Part shown: in pieces, positions 50,143 to 58,112 of the stretch
Layout of the letters: the number at the start of each line of letters is the position of its first letter
Position numbering within the stretch: the stretch's first letter is position 1
Virus record (IMG/VR): IMGVR_UViG_3300042945_001689
Location: 1 to 64,000 of that record
Direction: 5' to 3' (one strand)
From: a virus
DNA: 64,000 bases
Made by a program: the position numbers and the translations under genes
Notes under the pieces: model-generated
Told to the model about the DNA's origin: nothing
Database searches by the model: none
Seen by the model: only the letters and a program-made list of their open reading frames with translations

Positions 50143-51969
50143 TTATGCCTCTATGTATGTCTTTGAAACCTTAACAGAAGTATCTGCTGCTGCTGCAGTA
50201 ACTTGAAGAAGAACATTTCCACCGCTATAAACAGCATTTGTTGTTCCAAGTTCTGTATTGCTTATAACATTAGCATACTCTGTTACATAAACATTATTGT
50301 CACCATCTATAGCAACAAGCATTTCAATTACTTCAATGTTGCCAGACTTTTTCATCTGAATAACATACTTAGCAGCAGAATATGTTGTTGCTGAGAATGT
50401 ATCAATTGTTGTTGCTGAAGTGCCAGCAGTTGCTGTTGCAGATCCAACAAGAGCATCTGGTAGAGCAAGGCTAGTACCTGTTGCTGCTCCAAGTTCTGGA
50501 GTTACAAGAGTTGGTGTATTAGCAAATACCAGTGCACCAGTTCCTGTTTCATCAGTTACTGCTGAAGCAAGGTTTGCTGAAGAAGGGGTTCCCAAAAATG
50601 TTGCAACACCTGCTGCCAAACCAGAAACATCATTTGCAATTCTTACTGTAAGTGTATTGTTTGCACCGCTGATTGTCTTGTTTGTAAGAGTTTCGGCTGC
50701 ATCTTTAAGTGATGTTCCATTAACCTTAAATTCTTTTCCTGAAGCAAGGTTTAAGTGTTCAGATGAGGTCCATGCATCAGTTGCATCTACCCATGAGAAA
50801 GTCTTGTCTGTAGCACCCTTAAGAGTAATACCACCACCATCAGCACCTGCATCTGTTGGAGATGTTACTGCACCAAGTGTAAGGTTCTTGTCATCAACTG
50901 TGATTTCTGTTGAGTTAATTGTAGTTGTTGTACCGTTAACTGTTAGGTCCCCTGAAAGAACCAAAGATGTACCAGTTGCTGCACCAATGTTTGGTGTTAC
51001 GAGTGTTGGTGTATTAGCAAAAACAAGTGCTCCAGTACCAGTCTCGTCTGAAATAATTCCAGCGAGTTCTGATGAAGATGTTGCTGCAAGTACGTTTAAC
51101 TTATCTGTTGTTACAACAAGAGTCTTTGTGTTTGGAATAGTTGTACCATTGATAGAATCAGCAGTAGCAACACCAAGTGCTGGAGTTGTAAGTGTTGGGC
51201 TTGTAAGTGTCTTATTTGTAAGTGTCTGTGTGTTAGTTGTTCCAACTACCGCACCAGTTGCACCATGTGCTTCTGTAAGGTTGCCATGAGTTGTAAGATC
51301 TGAAGAAGTAGCCTTAGCATCCAACTGAGTCTGGATTGCTGAAGTTACGCCATCTACGTAGTTAAGTTCTGTAGCGGTTGCAGTAAGTGATGTACCAGCA
51401 ATTTGTAGAGTTGTAGCATTTACTTCTCCTGCTGCTCCATAAATAACTGCCTTACCATTTGCAATAGTCCCTGCAGATGATCCATCTACTAAGTTGAGTT
51501 CAGAAGCACTTGCAGTCAAATCCGAAACATTTGCTACTTGAACTGTAACTGTGTTGTTTGTATAAGAAATTGTTTTGTTGCTTAATGTTTGTGTTGCATC
51601 ATTAAGTGTTACAGTGCCTGTAGCGTTTGGAAGTGTGATAGTACGATCTGCTGTTGGATCTGCTACTTCAAGAATTGTCTCATAGTCATCTGCTGTTGCA
51701 CCTTCAAATGAAATTGAAGAACCAAATACACCAACGGCTGCTGGGGCTGACCACTCAACTCCGTATGTTGCACTTGAATTTGCTGTGAGGACCTGTCCGT
51801 TTGTACCAATGGCTAAACGTGCTACTGCATCATCTGCACTACCAACAATTAAGTCACCCTTAGCATCTACGGTTCCTGCGGTAAGAACATTCTTACCATT
51901 AACGGTTGCTGTTGATCCTTCAACAACTAATCCCGATTTTACTCTAAAATCTTTATTTACTGTTGCCAT
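50143..51969 (-). CDS. Tail fibre-like protein
   Basis: Shares several modules with 47680..49623; TQTLTNKT and DETGTGALVFANTPTLVTP repeats. Confidence 0.75.
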   Translation of the reverse strand: MATVNKDFRVKSGLVVEGSTATVNGKNVLTAGTVDAKGDLIVGSADDAVARLAIGTNGQVLTANSSATYGVEWSAPAAVGVFGSSISFEGATADDYETILEVADPTADRTITLPNATGTVTLNDATQTLSNKTISYTNNTVTVQVANVSDLTASASELNLVDGSSAGTIANGKAVIYGAAGEVNATTLQIAGTSLTATATELNYVDGVTSAIQTQLDAKATSSDLTTHGNLTEAHGATGAVVGTTNTQTLTNKTLTSPTLTTPALGVATADSINGTTIPNTKTLVVTTDKLNVLAATSSSELAGIISDETGTGALVFANTPTLVTPNIGAATGTSLVLSGDLTVNGTTTTINSTEITVDDKNLTLGAVTSPTDAGADGGGITLKGATDKTFSWVDATDAWTSSEHLNLASGKEFKVNGTSLKDAAETLTNKTISGANNTLTVRIANDVSGLAAGVATFLGTPSSANLASAVTDETGTGALVFANTPTLVTPELGAATGTSLALPDALVGSATATAGTSATTIDTFSATTYSAAKYVIQMKKSGNIEVIEMLVAIDGDNNVYVTEYANVISNTELGTTNAVYSGGNVLLQVTAAAADTSVKVSKTYIEA

Positions 51970-51982
51970 TTTTTATCTCCTT

Positions 51983-52429
51983 TTATGCCTTTAATCCTAT
52001 ACGTGCATAACGTACGGTTATAGGTGTTGTACCGACTACTGGAGTAACCGTTAAGGATACTGTATTTCCAGCGCGGGAGACGCTTATGGTGCCAATATTC
52101 CCATCGTTGTCTATAGTTCCATATTCACTAACGCTAACATCTGTACCGTCAATTAATATGTTAATCTCTGTGGCGTAATATTTATTAGCGCCTCCAGAAG
52201 TATGTTTGATTGAGATTAGGTATTTAACCATTCTCCATTCTGTTGCGTTAAAATTATCAACTACCGTAGAACTTTCAATTCCGTTAATTGTTGATTCATT
52301 ATTACCAGTAGTTCCTAAGTCTGTGGCTTGGGCTGATGTTGAGTCAATTAAATCTTCATAATCTTGCTGAGTAGGACGATCTCCTGTTTGAAACAAGGCC
52401 TTGACTGATGCTAATGATATTTTTGCCAT
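51983..52429 (-). CDS. Virion structural protein
   Basis: FQTGDRPTQQDYEDLIDS; C-terminal domain paralogous to the C-terminus of 50143..51969. Confidence 0.6.
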   Translation of the reverse strand: MAKISLASVKALFQTGDRPTQQDYEDLIDSTSAQATDLGTTGNNESTINGIESSTVVDNFNATEWRMVKYLISIKHTSGGANKYYATEINILIDGTDVSVSEYGTIDNDGNIGTISVSRAGNTVSLTVTPVVGTTPITVRYARIGLKA

Positions 52430-52435
52430 ACCTAG

Positions 52436-52444
52436 ATTATAACA
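52436..52444 (-). promoter_or_regulatory. Extended -10 promoter, leaderless
   Basis: TGTTATAAT 6 nt before ATG 52429. Confidence 0.7.
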
Positions 52445-52469
52445 TAATTATTTTAATAGTTTTATAATT

Positions 52470-52697
52470 TTATAAAATATAGTTGCTTACACCAATCATT
52501 TGTAAGGGAATTGGTGGCGCATTATTAGCGTTAAAGGCTATAATATCTATATCAGTTATTCTTACTCTAAATGGTAAAAATTCATTTATTGTTATCCCTC
52601 TGTCAATCTTTTCTTCAATAGAAACTTTAGGAAATGTGTGTTGATCAATTGATTTTAATATTGTTGTTTGTTTATCAAATATTGCAACAGAAGCCAT
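52470..52697 (-). CDS. Hypothetical protein, probably structural
   Basis: 75-aa ORF coupled to its upstream gene. Confidence 0.6.
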   Translation of the reverse strand: MASVAIFDKQTTILKSIDQHTFPKVSIEEKIDRGITINEFLPFRVRITDIDIIAFNANNAPPIPLQMIGVSNYIL

Positions 52698-53098
52698 TAA
52701 CTTGTTACGTCTTCTAAAACAACCATTTGACCTCTAGCAACTGTCCAAACTCGTGTTGCATCAGATAGTTGAACATCAAAAACATCTCCAGTTTTTAATT
52801 GTGCTGACTGTACAGATGTTAATTTAACTGTAAATTCTCCAGTTTCATCTCCCGCGTCTGGGGCAGGCGTTATTGTAAATACTGTACCAGCAGAATCTTG
52901 ATCAAAATTATTTTCTATATCTGGTCTTCTAAATCTTGCAGCAATTGTCCAGTTGGCTATTACAAGTGGATTTTTAGCATCATCTGTAACATATATCCTA
53001 AATGCAACGGTATCTCCCTTTACAATTGTCCATTTTACTAATGGCGGGGCATCACCAATATCATAAACAGATTGTCCAGCACCTCTATAATTAGCCAT
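52697..53098 (-). CDS. BppU-N-like small structural/adaptor protein
   Basis: WTIVKGDT...FDVQL...WTVARG; paralog of 60389..60778 and 61623..62009. Confidence 0.55.
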   Translation of the reverse strand: MANYRGAGQSVYDIGDAPPLVKWTIVKGDTVAFRIYVTDDAKNPLVIANWTIAARFRRPDIENNFDQDSAGTVFTITPAPDAGDETGEFTVKLTSVQSAQLKTGDVFDVQLSDATRVWTVARGQMVVLEDVTS

Positions 53099-53104
53099 AT
53101 AAGA

Positions 53105-53113
53105 ATTATAACA
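53105..53113 (-). promoter_or_regulatory. Extended -10 promoter, leaderless
   Basis: TGTTATAAT 6 nt before ATG 53098. Confidence 0.7.
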
Positions 53114-53136
53114 TAATTACAAGAATATGTAAAAAG

Positions 53137-53166
53137 TTGACAAAAAACAAAACTTCATGTTATACT
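53137..53166 (+). promoter_or_regulatory. Sigma70/SigA-type promoter of the transglycosylase gene
   Basis: TTGACA-18 nt-TATACT with TG extension. Confidence 0.75.
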
Positions 53167-53215
53167 GGTAGGTAACACCATAAAAAATGGTGTTTTGTTT
53201 TCTAAGGAGGAAACT

Positions 53216-53782
53216 ATGATTAAATTTATCGAAAGAAACAAAGAGGTCATTAGTATACTCGGCATACTGACTTTAGTAACGACATTGTCAAACGTTGCTA
53301 ATGCTGAAACACGAATAAGTGACAAAAATAATTTGAGTATAGAACAGGCTCAGGAGCAGGAAAACGCCTCGAAAGAGGTTTTTTTGGTTTCTAAAGAAGA
53401 AAATAATAAAATTAACAAAAAATACAAATATGGAACCCCCCTTGAAAAAGACGAACTAATTAAAATATTAAAGCAAGTAGGCTTTAAAGGATATTCACTA
53501 AAGGTTGCTTGGGCAACGGTAATGAAAGAATCTATGGGCACTCCTAACTCTTGGAATCCTAATAGACAGACTGGAGATAATTCTTATGGCCTATTTCAAA
53601 TCAATATGCTTGGAGGACTGGGCGAAGAAAGAAGAAGCAAGTTTAATCTAAAGTCTAACGAAGATCTGTTTGATCCAGTTAGAAATGCAGAAATCGCTTA
53701 TCATATGAGTAATGGTGGTGAAGATTGGTCTGCCTGGAAAGGCATTACCTGGAAAACTAAAGAGTGGATGGAAAGATATTAA
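53216..53782 (+). CDS. Secreted lysozyme-fold lytic transglycosylase (SLT-like)
   Basis: Signal-like VISILGILTLVTTLSNVANA; catalytic MKES...GDNSYGLFQIN...W..W; SD AAGGAGG. Confidence 0.85.
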   Translation: MIKFIERNKEVISILGILTLVTTLSNVANAETRISDKNNLSIEQAQEQENASKEVFLVSKEENNKINKKYKYGTPLEKDELIKILKQVGFKGYSLKVAWATVMKESMGTPNSWNPNRQTGDNSYGLFQINMLGGLGEERRSKFNLKSNEDLFDPVRNAEIAYHMSNGGEDWSAWKGITWKTKEWMERY

Positions 53783-54783
53783 TTTTTAATATCTTGTATT
53801 ATCTCTAAAAATCCTTCTGCCCAATGCATATGTTTATGAACTCCACTATGCCTTGCCTTTTTTGAATAATACTTTTCATCTTCTATGTCTGTTGATGTAT
53901 CAAAATTTTTTGGATACAAATGTCTTAAATGTTCGTGTTTATTACATTCGTCTAAATATACATCAAGTCCATCATCACTTTTGTACCATCTATTAGACTT
54001 TAAATAAACAAAATTATTTGATACATTTTCTTGTTGTGTTATTAAGTCATACAAAAAACCACTCCACGTTGACCATAAAAATAAAATTTTTGCTTCTTTA
54101 CAATACTGCTCTAACATTTTAATATATTGATATGAGTAAAAAAATGGTAAATCTGGAGAAAAAACATCTTCAGAATAATGTGGTTTTTTAGAATATTTTT
54201 CTGATTCTTGATAAATTACGTGAGTTGAAGACAACATACTCTCTGGATGTACTGGAAAATAAGTATTTTTTGTTATTAATGTTTCAGTATTTACTGGAAC
54301 CATAAATCTATAAAAATCTGGAAACAAACATAAAAGAGTTTTTGGATGACCATATTCTTCAAAATATTTATATATATTATTTATAATTGCAACAACAGAG
54401 TCTCCTGGTTGACTTATATTTGAATACTTTACATTTAAAGCCTTTGCTACTTGACTGCCCCATATTTCTTTTTCTGGCAATCCCAACCCAAATGTAAAAG
54501 AACAGCCACCAAAAACAAGTTCATTGTTTTCATTAAAATCTTTTCCTCTAAAACCTAAATTATTTATAATATATGAATTAGACTGGTCCAATAAAAATTC
54601 TGTTTCTGTATAATGTCCCGTCCATAGCAAACCATTTGGATACAAACCTGGTTTTCTTTTATTTGTAATAATCCAATCATTTAAAAATAAATGTTTAACA
54701 TTTTCATGATCAACTACATCATTTCCAATTAAACCTAAGTCACTTATAGTTTCTTTTATAGTTTTAGTATATGTATTTTTCAT
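53779..54783 (-). CDS. SGNH-hydrolase-like protein
   Basis: NNLGFRG...FGGCSFTFGLGL...W...NISQPGDS; C-terminal RHSGVHKH. Confidence 0.55.
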   Translation of the reverse strand: MKNTYTKTIKETISDLGLIGNDVVDHENVKHLFLNDWIITNKRKPGLYPNGLLWTGHYTETEFLLDQSNSYIINNLGFRGKDFNENNELVFGGCSFTFGLGLPEKEIWGSQVAKALNVKYSNISQPGDSVVAIINNIYKYFEEYGHPKTLLCLFPDFYRFMVPVNTETLITKNTYFPVHPESMLSSTHVIYQESEKYSKKPHYSEDVFSPDLPFFYSYQYIKMLEQYCKEAKILFLWSTWSGFLYDLITQQENVSNNFVYLKSNRWYKSDDGLDVYLDECNKHEHLRHLYPKNFDTSTDIEDEKYYSKKARHSGVHKHMHWAEGFLEIIQDIKN

Positions 54784-54833
54784 ATTTTTTATCCTTTTTT
54801 TTAAATATTTTTTTAAATTTATACAAATAATAT

Positions 54834-55424
54834 TTAATTTTTATTAACATATTTATTTCTAATTTCATTTTCAAATATTCTGTATTTAGTTGGAATCCAA
54901 AAAGATGGTGTGGTATATCTTGTGCCTTTTGTTATCTCCCGCACACCGTGTATATACATTGTGTTTGATGGGAAAAATACCAATGTACCAGCACTAGGTT
55001 TAAAGTCTAAGTTATGATCTGGGAAGTATATCTCTCCGCCTTCGTAGTCATCGTTCAAATATATAACAGCCCCATAGTCAACTATAAATGCTTCATTTGG
55101 ATGTCCTTCTGGATCTTCTCCATCTGCATGTAGTGGTTGAAACTCTCCTGCGTCCCATCTTCTTATTCCAGCAGAATTTGTTTCAAGAGGTCTTCCAAAA
55201 TAAAGTTCTATCTCTTGCTGTACTCTATCAATTGCTTTTTTTAGTATGGCATGGGCCTCTGGCTTTTCAGAAGCAAGATTTCTTGTTACTTTGTCTGGTA
55301 TTCCAGCCATTGAATTAGAACCCCAAGAAATTGTATCGTCTATTGATGATAATACAATGTCTAAATCTTTCTTTGAAACAAAATTTTCTTTTATAACAAT
55401 ATTTTTTGTAGATCCTATTTTCAT
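54834..55424 (-). CDS. Prolyl-4-hydroxylase-like 2OG-Fe(II) oxygenase
   Basis: QPLHADGE...YLNDDYEGGEIYF...HGV..ITKGTRY. Confidence 0.88.
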   Translation of the reverse strand: MKIGSTKNIVIKENFVSKKDLDIVLSSIDDTISWGSNSMAGIPDKVTRNLASEKPEAHAILKKAIDRVQQEIELYFGRPLETNSAGIRRWDAGEFQPLHADGEDPEGHPNEAFIVDYGAVIYLNDDYEGGEIYFPDHNLDFKPSAGTLVFFPSNTMYIHGVREITKGTRYTTPSFWIPTKYRIFENEIRNKYVNKN

Positions 55425-55433
55425 TTTTTCTCC

Positions 55434-55592
55434 TTAATTAGGTAACTCTGATTGCTCTGCTATTTCTTTTACTTTGTCAAAGTTTGATGCATCAACCATT
55501 GAAGATAAAACATAACATATCCATTGATAAGATGACTTTTCGCAATACCCCTTTGACTGCATAATTTTAGCAATATCTTCTATAATTTCCAT
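55434..55592 (-). CDS. Small hypothetical protein, 52 aa
   Basis: Not in ORF track: MEIIEDIAKIMQSKGYCEKSSYQWICYVLSSMVDASNFDKVKEIAEQSELPN; TAATG overlap upstream; stop abuts the next SD. Confidence 0.6.
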   Translation of the reverse strand: MEIIEDIAKIMQSKGYCEKSSYQWICYVLSSMVDASNFDKVKEIAEQSELPN

Positions 55593-56113
55593 TACTTATA
55601 CTCCAAAAATATGTTAATTGCATATCTTGTTCCAGAATGAACCTGATGCGCTATGTGCATATATGGGTAGTTTGATGGAAATAATACCATAGAATTTTTT
55701 ACTGGCTTAACTTTAATGTCAAAGTTGCAAAATTCTATCTCTCCGCCTTCGTAGTCATCGTTTAAATATATAACGCAACTAGTAACTCTGTTAGAAACAT
55801 GCTTTGAGCCATCATCATAGTGCATTACATACTTTTCTCCAGGCTCGTATTTTAATGCCTCTATTGTAAGATATGTTAGTTCTGGAAGAAAATATAAATC
55901 ACGATATGCACTTAAAGAACTATGCAGCGCCTCATCTATAATTTTAAAAATTTCTTTTTGCAACTCTTTGTCTTGAAAGTATATGACTGAATTAGATCTA
56001 TCTTCTGTTTTTACATTTAGTGGTTTTGTCCACTCATACTTATTAATTTCTTTAATTAATAAATCTGAATTATTCAAAACATTATAATAAAACTCTATTC
56101 CGTTTTTATTCAT
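55592..56113 (-). CDS. Prolyl-4-hydroxylase-like 2OG-Fe(II) oxygenase
   Basis: HYD...YLNDDYEGGEIEF...FPSNYPYMH...SGTRY. Confidence 0.88.
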   Translation of the reverse strand: MNKNGIEFYYNVLNNSDLLIKEINKYEWTKPLNVKTEDRSNSVIYFQDKELQKEIFKIIDEALHSSLSAYRDLYFLPELTYLTIEALKYEPGEKYVMHYDDGSKHVSNRVTSCVIYLNDDYEGGEIEFCNFDIKVKPVKNSMVLFPSNYPYMHIAHQVHSGTRYAINIFLEYK

Positions 56114-56825
56114 TTTTTTTCCTTATGTCTTTGGTATGCAACTTTATTTTTTTTACTTCGTGTGATCCAACAGAATTGCCAAATTGATCAGTAGCGCTTC
56201 GATAAAAATCAGAAAACTTTGGAATTTTATTATTTTCTAATATTACATTTCCATAGTCTGTTACTTTTTTATGGTATTCATTAATATTATGTGGATTATT
56301 ATTTAAAGTAATTGTAGAATTTTGTAAATTTGTTAAAGATATTGGCAAAACAGAAATAATTGGAGAGTTTGCTTTAAACGTAATAACAGTGTTTGGCCTT
56401 GTAATTTTCCAAGATACTGGTATAGGTTTTTGCCAAAAACTAGAACTAATTAAGTTTGTTAACGGAACTGCGCCATCAATGTCTAAATTTGGTGGACCAA
56501 AAAACAATAAACTAGTTTCTGGATTTGTTTCAAAAAACCAACCTATATTAAAAATTAGTGTTGCAGTTCCTCTGTTAGTGTCAACAAATTCTTTACCTTT
56601 TAAAACCGTTATGTGATTTCCTTCAGAAGAGTCGTTTCCATCCCAAACAACAGAAATATCTTTGGGGAATGAAAATCCCCATCCCATTTGATTTGTTAAC
56701 GATAAAGGAAAACACCTGTATGCATGTTGATCAAATGTTTTATCCATCCAGTCTCTTTTTAAAGAAAGTTGTTCTATTCTTGCACCTAAACCTGGATTTA
56801 CTTCATATGCATTGATTTCATACAT
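56106..56825 (-). CDS. DUF6065-like protein
   Basis: KRDWMD...HAYRCFPLSLTNQMGW. Confidence 0.72.
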   Translation of the reverse strand: MYEINAYEVNPGLGARIEQLSLKRDWMDKTFDQHAYRCFPLSLTNQMGWGFSFPKDISVVWDGNDSSEGNHITVLKGKEFVDTNRGTATLIFNIGWFFETNPETSLLFFGPPNLDIDGAVPLTNLISSSFWQKPIPVSWKITRPNTVITFKANSPIISVLPISLTNLQNSTITLNNNPHNINEYHKKVTDYGNVILENNKIPKFSDFYRSATDQFGNSVGSHEVKKIKLHTKDIRKKNE

Positions 56826-57488
56826 TTATTGTTTTTGCCTTAGTGGAGAGTTTGCTCCGTGTACCCTATCATTATAGTCAAACATTGTTACTGCAGAATA
56901 TTTTATTCCTTCTTTTACAGGCAAAGCAGCATGAGAATATAAAAAGTTTGATGGGAACAAAACAATATCTCCCTCTTCTGGAGTATAAGTATAGTTTATG
57001 TATGGGAAAAACAATTCTCCTCCAGTATAGTTGTCATTTAAATACATAACTGTAGAAACAGTACATACATAACTAAAACCATGATCTGAATGAACCTGAA
57101 AGTGTTGATCTTTTCCATATCTAACAAAATTAACTGCTTCTTGATACTCTAAGTTTAAATTAAAAAGTGAAGAATAATGTTTTACACATTCCTGTAGTCG
57201 TTCATCTATGTCAAAGTATATTTTTCTTAAATCTGACATAGTTGCTCTTGGGTTATTTACAAAATCATTTTTTCTTACTTTAAAGTCTACGCAATCTCTA
57301 TAATCTTTTCTTGTTTCATAATCACCAACTTGTGCTTCGCTCCATTTGAAAAAATTATCGCCATGTTTTTCAATAACATCTTCAAGTCGCTGAACAAGAT
57401 TTAAGTCTTTATTAAGCGCATTTTTATAAACGAATACAGCAGGCGCAGGATTTTCTATAGTGGTTGTTTCTATAAAGTTAGATAACAT
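56826..57488 (-). CDS. Prolyl-4-hydroxylase-like 2OG-Fe(II) oxygenase
   Basis: HSD...YLNDNYTGGELFF...FPSNFLYSH...GIKY; paralog of 44874..45554 (shared YRDCVDFK, VTM.DY). Confidence 0.88.
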   Translation of the reverse strand: MLSNFIETTTIENPAPAVFVYKNALNKDLNLVQRLEDVIEKHGDNFFKWSEAQVGDYETRKDYRDCVDFKVRKNDFVNNPRATMSDLRKIYFDIDERLQECVKHYSSLFNLNLEYQEAVNFVRYGKDQHFQVHSDHGFSYVCTVSTVMYLNDNYTGGELFFPYINYTYTPEEGDIVLFPSNFLYSHAALPVKEGIKYSAVTMFDYNDRVHGANSPLRQKQ

Positions 57489-57512
57489 TTAATCTCCTTT
57501 TTGGTCAATATA

Positions 57513-57522
57513 TAGTATACTA
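57513..57522. promoter_or_regulatory. Palindromic bidirectional -10 element
   Basis: TAGTATACTA gives TATACT on both strands within a 39-bp gap between divergent genes. Confidence 0.6.
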
Positions 57523-57527
57523 CATAT

Positions 57528-58112
57528 ATGGACAATATGTATAAGGTACAACCTGGCTATTTTGGGGACTCTGTTGATAATATCATTGTTTTAGAAAATT
57601 TTATAAGTCCAGATGACTTAGATAAATTTTACTTTTACTCTAAATCAATAGAAAATTTTTTATCCATACCTGATGACAACTGGGACAACAGGGTTCATAG
57701 TTCAGAGTTATTTAAAAATAGTAATAAGGCATTATTTCTTAAACTTTTAGAATATCAAAAAAAATTAAAAATAGAAATAGAAAAAAGATTTAACTTTGTT
57801 TTACAAGAAAATTCACCATCAATAGTTCTTTGGAGACCTGGAGACGATCAGCCTCCTCATGCAGACAAACAGGAGCAAGATGGTAATCCAAATTCTTATC
57901 CTGAAAATGATGTGGCATCCCTAATGTATATAAACGACAATTATGATGGTGGAGAAATATACTTTACTAACCAGGATATAACCATAAAGCCCAAGGCTGG
58001 TTCTGCAATATTTTTTCCTGGAGATATACATTATACTCATGGGGTAACAAAAGTATTAAATAACAACAGATATACATCGCCAGCATTTTGGCGTGTAAAA
58101 AACTTTAATTAA
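57528..58112 (+). CDS. Prolyl-4-hydroxylase-like 2OG-Fe(II) oxygenase, inverted orientation
   Basis: QPPHADK...YINDNYDGGEIYF...HGV...RYTSPAFW; similar to 54834..55424. Confidence 0.88.
   Translation: MDNMYKVQPGYFGDSVDNIIVLENFISPDDLDKFYFYSKSIENFLSIPDDNWDNRVHSSELFKNSNKALFLKLLEYQKKLKIEIEKRFNFVLQENSPSIVLWRPGDDQPPHADKQEQDGNPNSYPENDVASLMYINDNYDGGEIYFTNQDITIKPKAGSAIFFPGDIHYTHGVTKVLNNNRYTSPAFWRVKNFN

Noticed and set aside
50420-51289. 289-aa plus-strand ORF and similar antisense ORFs (e.g. 27791-28252, 29530-29904, 46657-47070)
   Set aside because: They mirror well-supported minus-strand genes with biased codon use; the GGN/GKN repeats are only the reverse complement of PPPF/PFF.
53167-53215. c-di-AMP (ydaO) riboswitch before the muralytic gene
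   Set aside because: Leader is about 45 nt, far too short; only a simple hairpin is present.
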